48,464 bases of DNA, from IMG/VR virus record IMGVR_UViG_2974587864_000001; one strand, 5' to 3'. The notes beneath the pieces were generated by a model. It saw only the letters and a list, made by a program, of their open reading frames with translations. It was not told where the DNA came from and did not search any database. Within the stretch, counting starts at the first letter, position 1, and each line of letters begins with the position of its first letter. Origin of the DNA: a virus (taxonomy: Duplodnaviria; Heunggongvirae; Uroviricota; Caudoviricetes; Straboviridae). This document shows positions 1 through 9,354 of this stretch, one piece after another. Made by a program: the position numbers and the translations under genes.

Positions 1-909
1 TTAGTAGTGACTGAATCCCACAGTTACATCACGCATCACTTGATAACGGCATACACGCATCTTAGCGTTATCGTAATCTGTCGGGATTGCTACAACATCG
101 CGAGGATTAACCTTAACCTGAATGACTCGCCCACGTCCTCCGCCATAGTGAGGCAGGTACGATTTTGCGGCAACATGCAAACCGCATGAACAGGTTCGGT
201 TTTTATTCTCGTCTACCTGGTTACGTGGCATTTCAACCACAACACCAGGGGAATTATCGAACTTACCGGAAGCCAGATCGCGGAAGTCTTCACGAACACG
301 TTTCCACGCGTAGAAATCTCCATCATCTGCCAGTTCGATATCGTTATGCACCATGAACCCGTAAAGCTGATACACAGCATCGCGTGAAGGGTTTTCCATC
401 AACTTCTCGAAGAAGTTCACCAGGTGCTCGTAAGGGCGATCGTTGTACATTTCGCGAACGATACGTTGTGTGATACCGCTGTCAAACACGATATCTTTGT
501 ACAGGACTTTATGCCCGATGATTTTAATGTTGCCTTTGCTGTAAATCTTCAACGCTTGCGTTGTGTCCAACAGGGTAGCAACTCCCTCGATGTCGCCCTT
601 AACCATTAAAGCATGTGCTTTTTCGAAGTTAGGGTGTGACGAATCCGCTGTGATGATCTTGCCGTCCAGTACCAGAGTAATGAACGATTCAGAACCAATC
701 ATTTTAGATTTGACATCTGTTTGTGGAAGTGGTTTCGACGCTTCCGTATTATACTTAGAATGCTGTTCGGTAATAACGCGCCCGATGGTTCGGACGCTTA
801 CACCAAATTGTTTAGCCAGTGCGGTTTTGTTTGCGCTGGTCAGAAAGCCCTCATAAACTGCTTTCTTTTGTACATCATCAAGGATCTTAACGTTTCTCAT
901 TATTTCCAC
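1..909 (-). CDS. rIIB: RIIB protector from prophage-induced early lysis
   Basis: N-terminal HTH (KTALAKQFGVSVRTIGRV) and C-terminal GLH..SYL..YGG..V.VNPRDVV.IP.DY...KMRVCRY typical of T4 RIIB; adjacent to rIIA. Confidence 0.93.
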   Translation of the reverse strand: MEIMRNVKILDDVQKKAVYEGFLTSANKTALAKQFGVSVRTIGRVITEQHSKYNTEASKPLPQTDVKSKMIGSESFITLVLDGKIITADSSHPNFEKAHALMVKGDIEGVATLLDTTQALKIYSKGNIKIIGHKVLYKDIVFDSGITQRIVREMYNDRPYEHLVNFFEKLMENPSRDAVYQLYGFMVHNDIELADDGDFYAWKRVREDFRDLASGKFDNSPGVVVEMPRNQVDENKNRTCSCGLHVAAKSYLPHYGGGRGRVIQVKVNPRDVVAIPTDYDNAKMRVCRYQVMRDVTVGFSHY

Positions 910-3149
910 CGTATAAGTTTGACCAAATCCATCACAATTTTATCATCATTAAACATACTGCGGAATGTAGAATAAGATGAATGTAACAACATGTAATGAA
1001 TTGATGGGTTGCGTTCTGCAAATAAATCGTAAGCAGTATCAACGCGTTCTTTCATATCTTTCCGCATTTTGTAATACTTCGTTGACATTTCACGAAGTAA
1101 CAGGTTACGCACCACAGTTTTTGATTTGTTTTTGCCCTCGATAACATCATAGGTAAACTTACCATCAAGATAATCGAGCAACAGATACAATTCTGGATTA
1201 TAGCGGTTTTTAACCATGCGATCAAGGGTTACGCCCATAGAATCGCGCAGGGTTCGGATCTCGCTTCCGTGGTTTGATGAAATCCATGCAGGGAACCAGT
1301 TAGGTTTTATCTTCTTCGCTGCGTCCGCAAAACGTTTTACCAGATAATCATCAAGGCATTTCATGTTGCTATCTGGAATGCGACTCCACAGAGAGTTTCG
1401 CAGAACCATCACTTCGTTCAGCCCTGTAACCGTTAACATGGTCATCATACTGCTGGCGATGCTACCCAACGAATAGTTCTGTGCTTCTCCGTCCAGTCGG
1501 CTATATTCATCAACCCCATAAAGGCGCATAGCGTACATTTCATCCAGTTTCACAAACTGTGCTTTAGTCAGGTACAGATCGTTTTTCTGTAAGTTGCCCT
1601 GATCATCCAGGAAGTAATGATATGCTGTAGGCGTTTTTGGACGCGGTTCTGAATCACCAGAAGATGATTCACGCGTTGCTTTCCAGCGCTTACGATCTTC
1701 GGTATACGTTTCGAATTCTTTGGTCATTTCACTGGTTTTCAGTGTAACGATCTCAGATTCATCGAAATACCCAGTTCTGATCAAGTCCTGAACAGGTTCA
1801 CTATTAATCTCTTTGGTTACGAAACTGATACGATCCGAACCATTCAACATGCAGTAGCCGATCAGATATGGGCGGAGTGAACGCGCTTCATTATCGTTTT
1901 CAACGATGAACAGTTTCTTCTGTCGCCACGGTTGAATCATGCGCATAACGTCCTGGCGTTTGGTAGTTTCCGCCTTGTATGTCTCGTGACGGCGACCAGA
2001 ACCCACACGTTCAAATACGCAATCTTTCCCGTCATATGGGTTAGCCCAGAAACCACAGATATATTTTCCGGTTGCAGTCTCAGAGCTTTTAAGATGCGTC
2101 AGGATTTCAGCCAGCGAATCTTTACCCACACGGAAACGGTTATCGCGGCTTACAAAAGCCTGTAACATGCTAGGCAGATTGTTGAACCATATGATTTTAT
2201 CACGGGTTGTTTTCTGCTTGCTGAACTCCGCAACTAACTCTTCGTCATAGCGTTTGTTGATCTTTTCCAGTCGATCCATGATTACTTTTTTGGTGACTTT
2301 ATCAAGGCTCAACTCTTCACGCGAAGGCATGAAGTCCAGCGATCCCAGAGGGAAATCCAGAATATACGCGTAATTGCTGTTACGGTAGCAGTAGAACAGC
2401 GAGTTTTCGAACATGTCCATGTCGATTGGATAGCAAATGTTACCCATACGCGCGTATACGCCTGAATAGTTGATGGACTTATAACGGATGATCCCGCGAT
2501 CGTCTGCTTCTTTCGGTTGCCAGTTTACATCAACCTGAACACCGATAAAGCGCGGACGGATACCCGTAAACGGTTCGTAAACACGCGCCGCTTCACGTTC
2601 CCATTCTGCGATATCTTCAACTTTCACAGGAACGGTGATTTGAACGCCGTTAGGTTCGTCTGTTTCGATTTCGTAGATTTGGTCAACGAAAGGTTCACCA
2701 TTATCCATGTAAGCCGTGTACGCGCGTTTAATGCCGTCCTGGATGGATTCGATAGTGAATGTTTCAGTGTAGCAGAACGGGGATTTGCTACCCAGTCCCA
2801 GCGCCCCGATCAGTTCGTCGGTGTCGGTTTTGGTGGATTCGAAGTAGGTTGTAAACACCTCTTTAACCATCCAGTCACTTAACCCTGTACCGTAATCACG
2901 GACGATGAAACGCGGATCGAGAACAGTCGGCAACTGAACATCGAACGGGTTCATGTTACCCGCTACCATATGACCATCAATGGCGTTACAGGAGATTTCG
3001 CGAATGATTGCGCGGATCTTGTATTTGTAGATGGTTGATGACAGGATTTTGAACGTTTTCGCACTGGTAGCCATTTTAAACTTCGTGCGTTCGCCTTTAT
3101 CGAAGCCCGTTGTGTGAATGGTTTGTGGTGCTAACTGACGTAATTTCAT
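900..3149 (-). CDS. rIIA: RIIA protein (N-terminal GHKL/HATPase domain)
   Basis: FKILSSTIY...AIIREISCNAIDGH, VRDYGTGL, GALGLGSKSPF motifs; 749 aa, directly upstream of rIIB. Confidence 0.95.
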   Translation of the reverse strand: MKLRQLAPQTIHTTGFDKGERTKFKMATSAKTFKILSSTIYKYKIRAIIREISCNAIDGHMVAGNMNPFDVQLPTVLDPRFIVRDYGTGLSDWMVKEVFTTYFESTKTDTDELIGALGLGSKSPFCYTETFTIESIQDGIKRAYTAYMDNGEPFVDQIYEIETDEPNGVQITVPVKVEDIAEWEREAARVYEPFTGIRPRFIGVQVDVNWQPKEADDRGIIRYKSINYSGVYARMGNICYPIDMDMFENSLFYCYRNSNYAYILDFPLGSLDFMPSREELSLDKVTKKVIMDRLEKINKRYDEELVAEFSKQKTTRDKIIWFNNLPSMLQAFVSRDNRFRVGKDSLAEILTHLKSSETATGKYICGFWANPYDGKDCVFERVGSGRRHETYKAETTKRQDVMRMIQPWRQKKLFIVENDNEARSLRPYLIGYCMLNGSDRISFVTKEINSEPVQDLIRTGYFDESEIVTLKTSEMTKEFETYTEDRKRWKATRESSSGDSEPRPKTPTAYHYFLDDQGNLQKNDLYLTKAQFVKLDEMYAMRLYGVDEYSRLDGEAQNYSLGSIASSMMTMLTVTGLNEVMVLRNSLWSRIPDSNMKCLDDYLVKRFADAAKKIKPNWFPAWISSNHGSEIRTLRDSMGVTLDRMVKNRYNPELYLLLDYLDGKFTYDVIEGKNKSKTVVRNLLLREMSTKYYKMRKDMKERVDTAYDLFAERNPSIHYMLLHSSYSTFRSMFNDDKIVMDLVKLIRWK

Positions 3150-3159
3150 TGTTTATATC

Positions 3160-3396
3160 TCACTTGGTGTTAAAGATGATGTTATCGCATGAATATTTCA
3201 CAGGCTTTTGATCAAGCCCATACTCAACAGGTGTACACATCCGGTCAAGGTATTCGTAAACCTGTTGCTTCTGACGTTCGCGGTCTTTCATATCCATGAT
3301 ACCGACCACGATAGCAGTTACAAAACATATTGCAATAGTACACAGCACAGCTATTGTAATATATTTTCCCGTTTTTGGTGCATCATATGGTTTCAT
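3160..3396 (-). CDS. Hypothetical membrane protein (rIIA.1 position)
   Basis: 78 aa with one N-terminal hydrophobic helix; overlaps the upstream stop. Confidence 0.7.
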   Translation of the reverse strand: MKPYDAPKTGKYITIAVLCTIAICFVTAIVVGIMDMKDRERQKQQVYEYLDRMCTPVEYGLDQKPVKYSCDNIIFNTK

Positions 3397-3932
3397 TGAA
3401 TCGCCTCTGCATATTGTTCTGGTGTCAATTTACGCGCTACTAAGCGCCCTTTGGTTGCTCGTTTGTTTCTTGAAATGTAGATGTTTGCAATGTTGCGTTT
3501 ACCTTCCTGGATCTCATTGTACATCTTTTCGGTCATATTGCACTGATAAACTTCACCGTTCGGAGTTTTCAGGAAAAACGCGTATATGTCTTTTTCGCTT
3601 TCCTGAATTACTGATTTCTCACGGATACGGCTTTTGCATGGTGTAGGCTGTGCGCCCAACTCGATAGCTTTACGCTGCCATACGATCCCGTGTCCAGCCC
3701 CTTCGGTCAGAGCATGTGCAATTTCGTGCATGAGAGTATCTAAAACGTTCTCGTAGATATCTTCCTTAACGTGAGAACGGCTCAATTCAATTGACTTGCG
3801 ACTGTAATTGCATTGTCCCAGAGTACGCTTGAAACGTCCGTTGATTTTGAAAGACCAATGAGATAAGCCATGCTTCGCCATGATGCTTTTGGCCCAAATG
3901 GTTATTTCCATATCGCTACGAGTTTTGAACAT
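3393..3932 (-). CDS. SprT-like zinc metalloprotease
   Basis: F.INGRFKRTLGQC and DTLMHEIAHAL...GHG..WQ..A motifs; start moved to ATG 3932 behind SD GGAGGA and a promoter. Confidence 0.85.
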   Translation of the reverse strand: MFKTRSDMEITIWAKSIMAKHGLSHWSFKINGRFKRTLGQCNYSRKSIELSRSHVKEDIYENVLDTLMHEIAHALTEGAGHGIVWQRKAIELGAQPTPCKSRIREKSVIQESEKDIYAFFLKTPNGEVYQCNMTEKMYNEIQEGKRNIANIYISRNKRATKGRLVARKLTPEQYAEAIQ

Positions 3933-3959
3933 TTTATATCCTCCCCAATCAGTGAGGAC

Positions 3960-4000
3960 ACTATAACAAAAAAGCCTCCCGCAATGCAAGAGGCTTTTTG
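3960..4000 (-). promoter_or_regulatory. Early sigma70-type promoter with stem-loop over -35
   Basis: Minus strand TTGCAT-18-TATAGT; inverted repeat aaaagcctc...gaggctttt, which could also terminate gene 52 transcription. Confidence 0.75.
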
Positions 4001-4004
4001 TAAA

Positions 4005-5294
4005 TTATTTCAATTTCTTCGAAAGTTCTTTCAAATCATTGAGATATTCAGTTTTCGGGGTCGTTTCTTCCCAGTATTTCAGTTGCTTACGCAGTTCGTT
4101 CGCTTCGTCTTCCAGCTTTTGACGTTCATCCGTGGTTAGATGATAGATGTTCATCGCAACCAGAATTTCGGCGTGGTTCTCGCAACCCGTCCACGTAGAG
4201 ACAAGTTTAACCGCTTCGCTGCGACTAAGCCCCTTCAATGCGTCAGGCTGTGCGATCATCTGGTCGATGAAGTCAACCTTCGCCAGCGCTTTATCTAACG
4301 CTTCTTTAGTCTCCTGGATGCGTTTATCAATACGCTGTTGGTAAACACCAATACGGATATCAACGAAGTCTTTCAGCAACGTTTCAGGACGCTCGTATGA
4401 ATGCAGTTTCCCGTTAAAGATAACGTTGATGTTCGGGTTTGAGTTCTCAATCAATCCGAAATCTTTCAGGATCTTCTCGCGGGTAAGCCCGTTCGCGTAC
4501 TCACGTTTAAGGGTGATTTCGTAGCGGAAATCTTCTTTCGATAGATCCTTGTAGCTTACGATATACCCTTTCTCTTCCAGCTTATCCAGGATAGAGATAT
4601 ATTTCACGCGATCGTACTTGACCGGAATCTCCGTGATCACCAGTTTGGTTTTACCCTGGAGTTCATACTTGCCGTAAATCGTACCGTTTTCAATGTCACC
4701 TTTGAAATGCGGGTATTTCAGATCCAGTGTGAAATCTTTCCCGTTCAGGTAACTAACACATCCATTCAGAACCGAAATCGGATCGTGTGGTGGAATGTTG
4801 GTAGCGTATGCTTTCGCGATCCCGCTGAACCCGTTAACCAGTACCATCGGAATGATTGGTAGGTAATAGGCTGGCGGTACGTGTTCAGGATCTTCATGCG
4901 GGATTGTTAAATCTTCATCCATGTAGATAGCCTTGAACAGCGGAGACAGCTTACATTTAATGTAGCGCGGTGCGCCTGGCTTTTTAACCAGACGGGAACC
5001 AAAGAACCCATCGCGGTCAAAAAGCGGGATGTTATTGCACCAGTGCGCCGCCATAAGAGACAATGCCTCTTCAACGGATGTTTCCCCGTGGTGATAACCA
5101 TACATTGCAACACCGCCAGCGATAGAGGCTACTTTCTGGAAGCCTGTACCGCCTTTCGCTGCGGAATGCACGAAGAAACGGTGAACGGGTTTGAACCCGT
5201 CTACCAGGTGCGGGATCGCACGAGAATAAATTGTGTAAAGGGCAAACGTAAGCCCTTCTACCTGCACAACGTCTTTAATACTTCTTTCCATCAT
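4005..5294 (-). CDS. 52: DNA topoisomerase II medium subunit gp52
   Basis: RAIPHLVDGFKPVHR, YHHGE.S, GAPRYI (catalytic Tyr), P.VLVNG motifs. Confidence 0.96.
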   Translation of the reverse strand: MMERSIKDVVQVEGLTFALYTIYSRAIPHLVDGFKPVHRFFVHSAAKGGTGFQKVASIAGGVAMYGYHHGETSVEEALSLMAAHWCNNIPLFDRDGFFGSRLVKKPGAPRYIKCKLSPLFKAIYMDEDLTIPHEDPEHVPPAYYLPIIPMVLVNGFSGIAKAYATNIPPHDPISVLNGCVSYLNGKDFTLDLKYPHFKGDIENGTIYGKYELQGKTKLVITEIPVKYDRVKYISILDKLEEKGYIVSYKDLSKEDFRYEITLKREYANGLTREKILKDFGLIENSNPNINVIFNGKLHSYERPETLLKDFVDIRIGVYQQRIDKRIQETKEALDKALAKVDFIDQMIAQPDALKGLSRSEAVKLVSTWTGCENHAEILVAMNIYHLTTDERQKLEDEANELRKQLKYWEETTPKTEYLNDLKELSKKLK

Positions 5295-7186
5295 TTCACC
5301 GAAAATTTATGTTTTCCGTTCACCCAGTCTTTACGCGGATCGGATTCATCACCGAAACACAGTTCCAGAACGTCTTTGTATTCGTCGCCCAGTACGATTG
5401 TATCGTATTTTAACTGGTCGCCCAACACCCGATCGTAATCTTCTTTACGTAAAGAACCCAGCCCTTTGATATATCGTACCTCTTTCGCTTTATCGCGGAA
5501 CGGTGCGAAATCTTCAAGGGAGTAGAACCATTTTTCATCTTTACCGACTTTCGCAATGATAATCGGTGTGCGGATATAACGGATCTTTTTCTTCTCGAAC
5601 AACTCAGGCCAGCGGCTAAAGAACGCAATCAGTAGGGTGAGAATATCGCCCCCGTCAACGTCCGCATCGACCATGATCCCGATGTTGTCGTAAGTCATTT
5701 CGGAAGAGTCGCCTGGATGGAGATTCAGGATCGCCATGAGTTCAGACAATTCTTTGTTTTTGAGCACTTCTAAGTTACTCATTCCCCAGGTGTTCAACGG
5801 TTTGCCACGTAGCGGAAATGCGCCTTGTGTCTCTTCGTTTCTGCACTCGATAAACTGCCCTACAGCGGAATCACCCTCGGTCAGAAACAAAGTGGTTTCT
5901 ACCCCGTCAGTGTCGATCCCTGATGCCGGAACATGTTTTGCAACCTTCGCCTTTTTCGCTTTCTTCTTCGCTTTGGTAATGGCTGCGGCTTCTGCTGCCT
6001 GTTTGCGAATCAGAGCGGACTCAATGATCGGAGTGATTATTTCAGAAGTATCCATAATCTGTTTTGCGATCTTTTTATAGTTCAGTCCGGCGTGGTTGTT
6101 GAACTCCCCAGCGGTGTTAGTCAGTTTTTCTTTCGTCTGACTATCAAAAGCTGGTGCATTGAAGTTATGCAAAAACACAACCAAAGTCAAGCATTCTTTT
6201 ACACGGGCTTTCGGGATCTCGATAGCGTGTGTTTTCTTGATCATCGGTTCGAGTTCGGAATAGATACCGTCGATCATGGTGTCAACATGAACACCGCCGT
6301 TTTTCGTATCCAGACCGTTAACGAAGGATTTCTGTTTGAAACCGTCTTCTGTGCTCGCCAGGATGAAACTGATTTTGTTGTTTGTCTGGGTAATCGTTTT
6401 ATCGCCGTACATCGCGCCATACATCGCGAATTTGTTCGGGAGGATATCACCGTTATATATGAATTTAACGGCAGGGAAAGCCACTGCAAGCGCCATAAGG
6501 CGATCTTTGATGACTTCCTTTGTCTCTTCGTCGATACCGTCCACACCGAAGATAGAGAAGTCAGGGGTAAACTTAACGGTTGTCCCTTGCTCCTTCGTCG
6601 GGCTGGTGCGGTAATCCATGTTCTGCGCTCCGTCCGTACAGTTGATCGTGACTTTGCGTTTACCGTTGGATGTCTCACCGATAAAGATTGCGCTGTAACA
6701 GTTTGTCAGGAAAGAACCAACACCGTTCATCCCCATTGTTACGCGGTTTTCGTCATCGAAGTTAGAACCGGATTTAGCCATTGTCCAGGCTGCAACAGGT
6801 TTAGGAACAATCTTCCCTTCCGGCGTTCTCACGTCATCTTGTGGAATGCCGCGCCCGTTGTCCGAAATAGTAACCAGATTGTGATCAATCTTGACTTCGA
6901 TTTTGTTCGCAAATTTGAAATCAGTTCGGATCGCTTCGTCGATGGAGTTATCCAGGATTTCGTTGATGATTTTCACCAACCCTTCCACGTATTCCACTTT
7001 GCGGAATTTACCCATGATAAAACGTTCATGGGCTTCTTTGTTCACTGAACCCACGTACATGTTCGGACGTTTGCGAATGTGATCACGATCGCTCAAGCAG
7101 AATGATTCATCCACCTTAGCGCCCTTTGCTGGGGCTTCTGGTGCTTTCTGCGGCTCGTTATCGTCCATTAAGAAATCTAAACTCAT
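5291..7186 (-). CDS. 39: DNA topoisomerase II large subunit, fused gp39+gp60
   Basis: HIRKRPNMYVGS, EILDNSIDE, DNGRGIP, GMNGVG, TEGDSA, PLRGK, DADVDG, YIKGLG in one ORF; start ATG 7186 after GAGGT. Confidence 0.96.
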   Translation of the reverse strand: MSLDFLMDDNEPQKAPEAPAKGAKVDESFCLSDRDHIRKRPNMYVGSVNKEAHERFIMGKFRKVEYVEGLVKIINEILDNSIDEAIRTDFKFANKIEVKIDHNLVTISDNGRGIPQDDVRTPEGKIVPKPVAAWTMAKSGSNFDDENRVTMGMNGVGSFLTNCYSAIFIGETSNGKRKVTINCTDGAQNMDYRTSPTKEQGTTVKFTPDFSIFGVDGIDEETKEVIKDRLMALAVAFPAVKFIYNGDILPNKFAMYGAMYGDKTITQTNNKISFILASTEDGFKQKSFVNGLDTKNGGVHVDTMIDGIYSELEPMIKKTHAIEIPKARVKECLTLVVFLHNFNAPAFDSQTKEKLTNTAGEFNNHAGLNYKKIAKQIMDTSEIITPIIESALIRKQAAEAAAITKAKKKAKKAKVAKHVPASGIDTDGVETTLFLTEGDSAVGQFIECRNEETQGAFPLRGKPLNTWGMSNLEVLKNKELSELMAILNLHPGDSSEMTYDNIGIMVDADVDGGDILTLLIAFFSRWPELFEKKKIRYIRTPIIIAKVGKDEKWFYSLEDFAPFRDKAKEVRYIKGLGSLRKEDYDRVLGDQLKYDTIVLGDEYKDVLELCFGDESDPRKDWVNGKHKFSVK

Positions 7187-7212
7187 ATTCACCTCTTTAT
7201 TAGTTCTCAGGC

Positions 7213-7255
7213 ATTATATAGGGTTCTATGAAAAAGAAAACCCCTTTCGGGGTTT
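7213..7255 (-). promoter_or_regulatory. Terminator hairpin plus probable promoter for gene 39
   Basis: aaacccc-GAAA-ggggttt followed by a T run on the minus strand; TATAAT at 7213-7218 with GTTTTC 17 bp upstream. Confidence 0.6.
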
Positions 7256-7418
7256 ACTTGTTGTACGGGAAACCGTCTTTCACCATCTGCGGCTTATCAA
7301 CCGTTCGTTTCGCCTCGCCCCCACAATCACAATCTTTCGGTTCGTCACGGCTCGCGATGCTGGACATCTTCGGGAATTCTTTTTCGCACTTGGTGCATTT
7401 ATAGGTATATGTTGGCAT
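7254..7418 (-). CDS. FmdB-like zinc ribbon protein (T4 39.2-like)
   Basis: MPTYTYKCTKC...CDCGG; start 7418 coupled to upstream TAATG. Confidence 0.8.
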   Translation of the reverse strand: MPTYTYKCTKCEKEFPKMSSIASRDEPKDCDCGGEAKRTVDKPQMVKDGFPYNK

Positions 7419-7849
7419 TAATAAATCTCTGACAATGGAATAAAACGGATCGGGGTTGCGGCTTTGCTGAAAACACATTGTTTGTTCCCTGCAAACATGA
7501 GATCAGTTTCGTACACCATACAGATATATCCCTGATTCTCCAAAATTTGCCGCTCCCAGCTATCGAACCATTTAGACAACTTCTGCAATGAAGAGAAGCC
7601 GAAAATATAGCTACGATAATTTTTACCATGTTTTTTGAGGTTACGCATTAAACGAAGGTCTTCGCATGGTGCGGGGTGACGAGTCTCGGAGACACCGAAG
7701 TTTAAACCGAACTCGATTCCATGAATATCGAGATACTCATAGAGATCGTCTTCGTCACCAACACAACCCGTGTACGGGCCTAACTGCTTACACCATCCAT
7801 CATATTTGGATAATATAGACGCTTTCAATTCAACGCGATAAACCAACAT
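7418..7849 (-). CDS. Hypothetical protein
   Basis: 143-aa ORF, translationally coupled, phage-like composition. Confidence 0.75.
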   Translation of the reverse strand: MLVYRVELKASILSKYDGWCKQLGPYTGCVGDEDDLYEYLDIHGIEFGLNFGVSETRHPAPCEDLRLMRNLKKHGKNYRSYIFGFSSLQKLSKWFDSWERQILENQGYICMVYETDLMFAGNKQCVFSKAATPIRFIPLSEIY

Positions 7850-7869
7850 GATCCGATCCTCGTAATTGA

Positions 7870-8469
7870 TTAACTACAAGTAGAGTACCACTTATCTAAT
7901 TTCTTATCAAGCAGTTTGTTGATCACTTGCGCGATTTCTGTTGTCCCGTGGGTTGTACCCAGTTTCAGGTAAATCACATCAAGTGCGCACACGATCGCAT
8001 CAACGCTTTCTTCGACGATATCACCGCCGCGTTGAGGCTGAACGAGACATTCGGAGATCTCCCCAACCTCTGCGGACAGGTGGTGAACCACGTCGCTAAC
8101 GGTTCGTTTTTTGACGCTATGAGCGGTCTTGAAAAACTTATCCAGAACTACAGCGGAATTTTCGCGCGGTACTTCCTCACCTTTATTGACGTGGATCGTA
8201 ATTTCAGTTTCCGGTTCTGGTGCAATCCATACCGGATTGAAAAGCCCTTTCATATCGTTGAACTTGATAGGAACGGGAATACCTTCAAGATAAAGAATCC
8301 CTGTTTCTTCATACACCATACTGATCCGGCGTGGTGAATTGAAGTCCATTGGATTCTTACGCAACGCGTCATACATACGACGAATCGGGTCGGCTTCGGA
8401 TGCCATTTGACACACAGCCATTAACATAGATTTCGGGGCGTACATATCACCAATTTTATACTTGCTCAT
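7870..8469 (-). CDS. Protein with C-terminal MazG-like NTP pyrophosphohydrolase domain
   Basis: VVHHLSAEVGEISECL...IVEESVDAIVCALD matches the MazG E..E/E..D pattern. Confidence 0.7.
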   Translation of the reverse strand: MSKYKIGDMYAPKSMLMAVCQMASEADPIRRMYDALRKNPMDFNSPRRISMVYEETGILYLEGIPVPIKFNDMKGLFNPVWIAPEPETEITIHVNKGEEVPRENSAVVLDKFFKTAHSVKKRTVSDVVHHLSAEVGEISECLVQPQRGGDIVEESVDAIVCALDVIYLKLGTTHGTTEIAQVINKLLDKKLDKWYSTCS

Positions 8470-8755
8470 TTACAATACCTTTATGATAACCAACAATAAA
8501 ACAGTTCACTTCTGGACGTTCGCCAGGGAAATGCACACATTGCATGACGCGTTCAGCCATGAGTTCTTCGCCCAAATAAACAGAGGTGGTTTCTTCGTTG
8601 TAGTGGCAACAGTAAGAAGTTTTAACACTCATACCAGGCAATCCGGCGATATGCATAAACTTTGAGTTCGTGCATGGTTTACCCTCAATGCTCTTTCCGT
8701 TTACATCAAACGTTGCAAACATTTCGGTTTTGCTGTTCTTTGGGCGTCTGCTCAT
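8456..8755 (-). CDS. Hypothetical protein
   Basis: 99-aa ORF overlapping both neighbours. Confidence 0.7.
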   Translation of the reverse strand: MSRRPKNSKTEMFATFDVNGKSIEGKPCTNSKFMHIAGLPGMSVKTSYCCHYNEETTSVYLGEELMAERVMQCVHFPGERPEVNCFIVGYHKGIVNEQV

Positions 8756-9354
8756 TTATTCACAACCTCATTATATGTTTTCAGGTTCCATTCATGCACT
8801 TCTGGCACTTTGGAGTAATGATCCAGGAATACTAACTGGACTTGCATAACACTAGCACGATCCATATTGAAAAGGAAGCGTTGCGGGGAAGTAATACACA
8901 GAAAATCTTCGGTACTTCCTCTGCTTGCGCTAAACTCTTTTGTTTCTCCGCCGTCAAATTTAGCATATACAGGCGTAGAAAAATACGGGGCGAATAGTTC
9001 GCGTTTGGAATCGTCCGTAATCGCACTGAAACACACGTCTACGAGCTTTCCGGTTCCTTCCCGTCTGATGGTGAGCATTGTCCCTTTCGTGCGCCCTAAG
9101 ACGTTTACAGAGCGCGTGGTGACATCACCAAAAGCGTTTGTGTAACTCACAGTCTCCACAAAGCCCATATCACGACGCTGTTGTAGCATTGCTTCGTGTT
9201 GTGCTTCTGCATCCTGTTCTACTACTCGTTGTGCGGCTTCATACGCCGCTTTGTTCGGATCTCTTGATTGCCATGCGAAGAATAAAACCCCTGCGGCTAT
9301 CAGTCCGAAGATTGACCAACTGGCGGTTGCTGATAGTTTCATTTTAATTTCCAA
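8752..9354 (-). CDS. Membrane-anchored hypothetical protein
   Basis: N-terminal TM (WSIFGLIAAGVLFFAW), short coiled segment, then a beta-rich domain. Confidence 0.75.
   Translation of the reverse strand: MEIKMKLSATASWSIFGLIAAGVLFFAWQSRDPNKAAYEAAQRVVEQDAEAQHEAMLQQRRDMGFVETVSYTNAFGDVTTRSVNVLGRTKGTMLTIRREGTGKLVDVCFSAITDDSKRELFAPYFSTPVYAKFDGGETKEFSASRGSTEDFLCITSPQRFLFNMDRASVMQVQLVFLDHYSKVPEVHEWNLKTYNEVVNK

Noticed and set aside
5933-7048. 371-aa plus-strand ORF antisense to gene 39
   Set aside because: In-register shadow of a highly biased gene; no SD, promoter or motifs; F/V/R-rich composition typical of antisense frames.
5291-7186. Possible gene 60 translational bypass or split topoisomerase
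   Set aside because: 39 and 60 domains are in one continuous ORF; the fused state is common outside T4.
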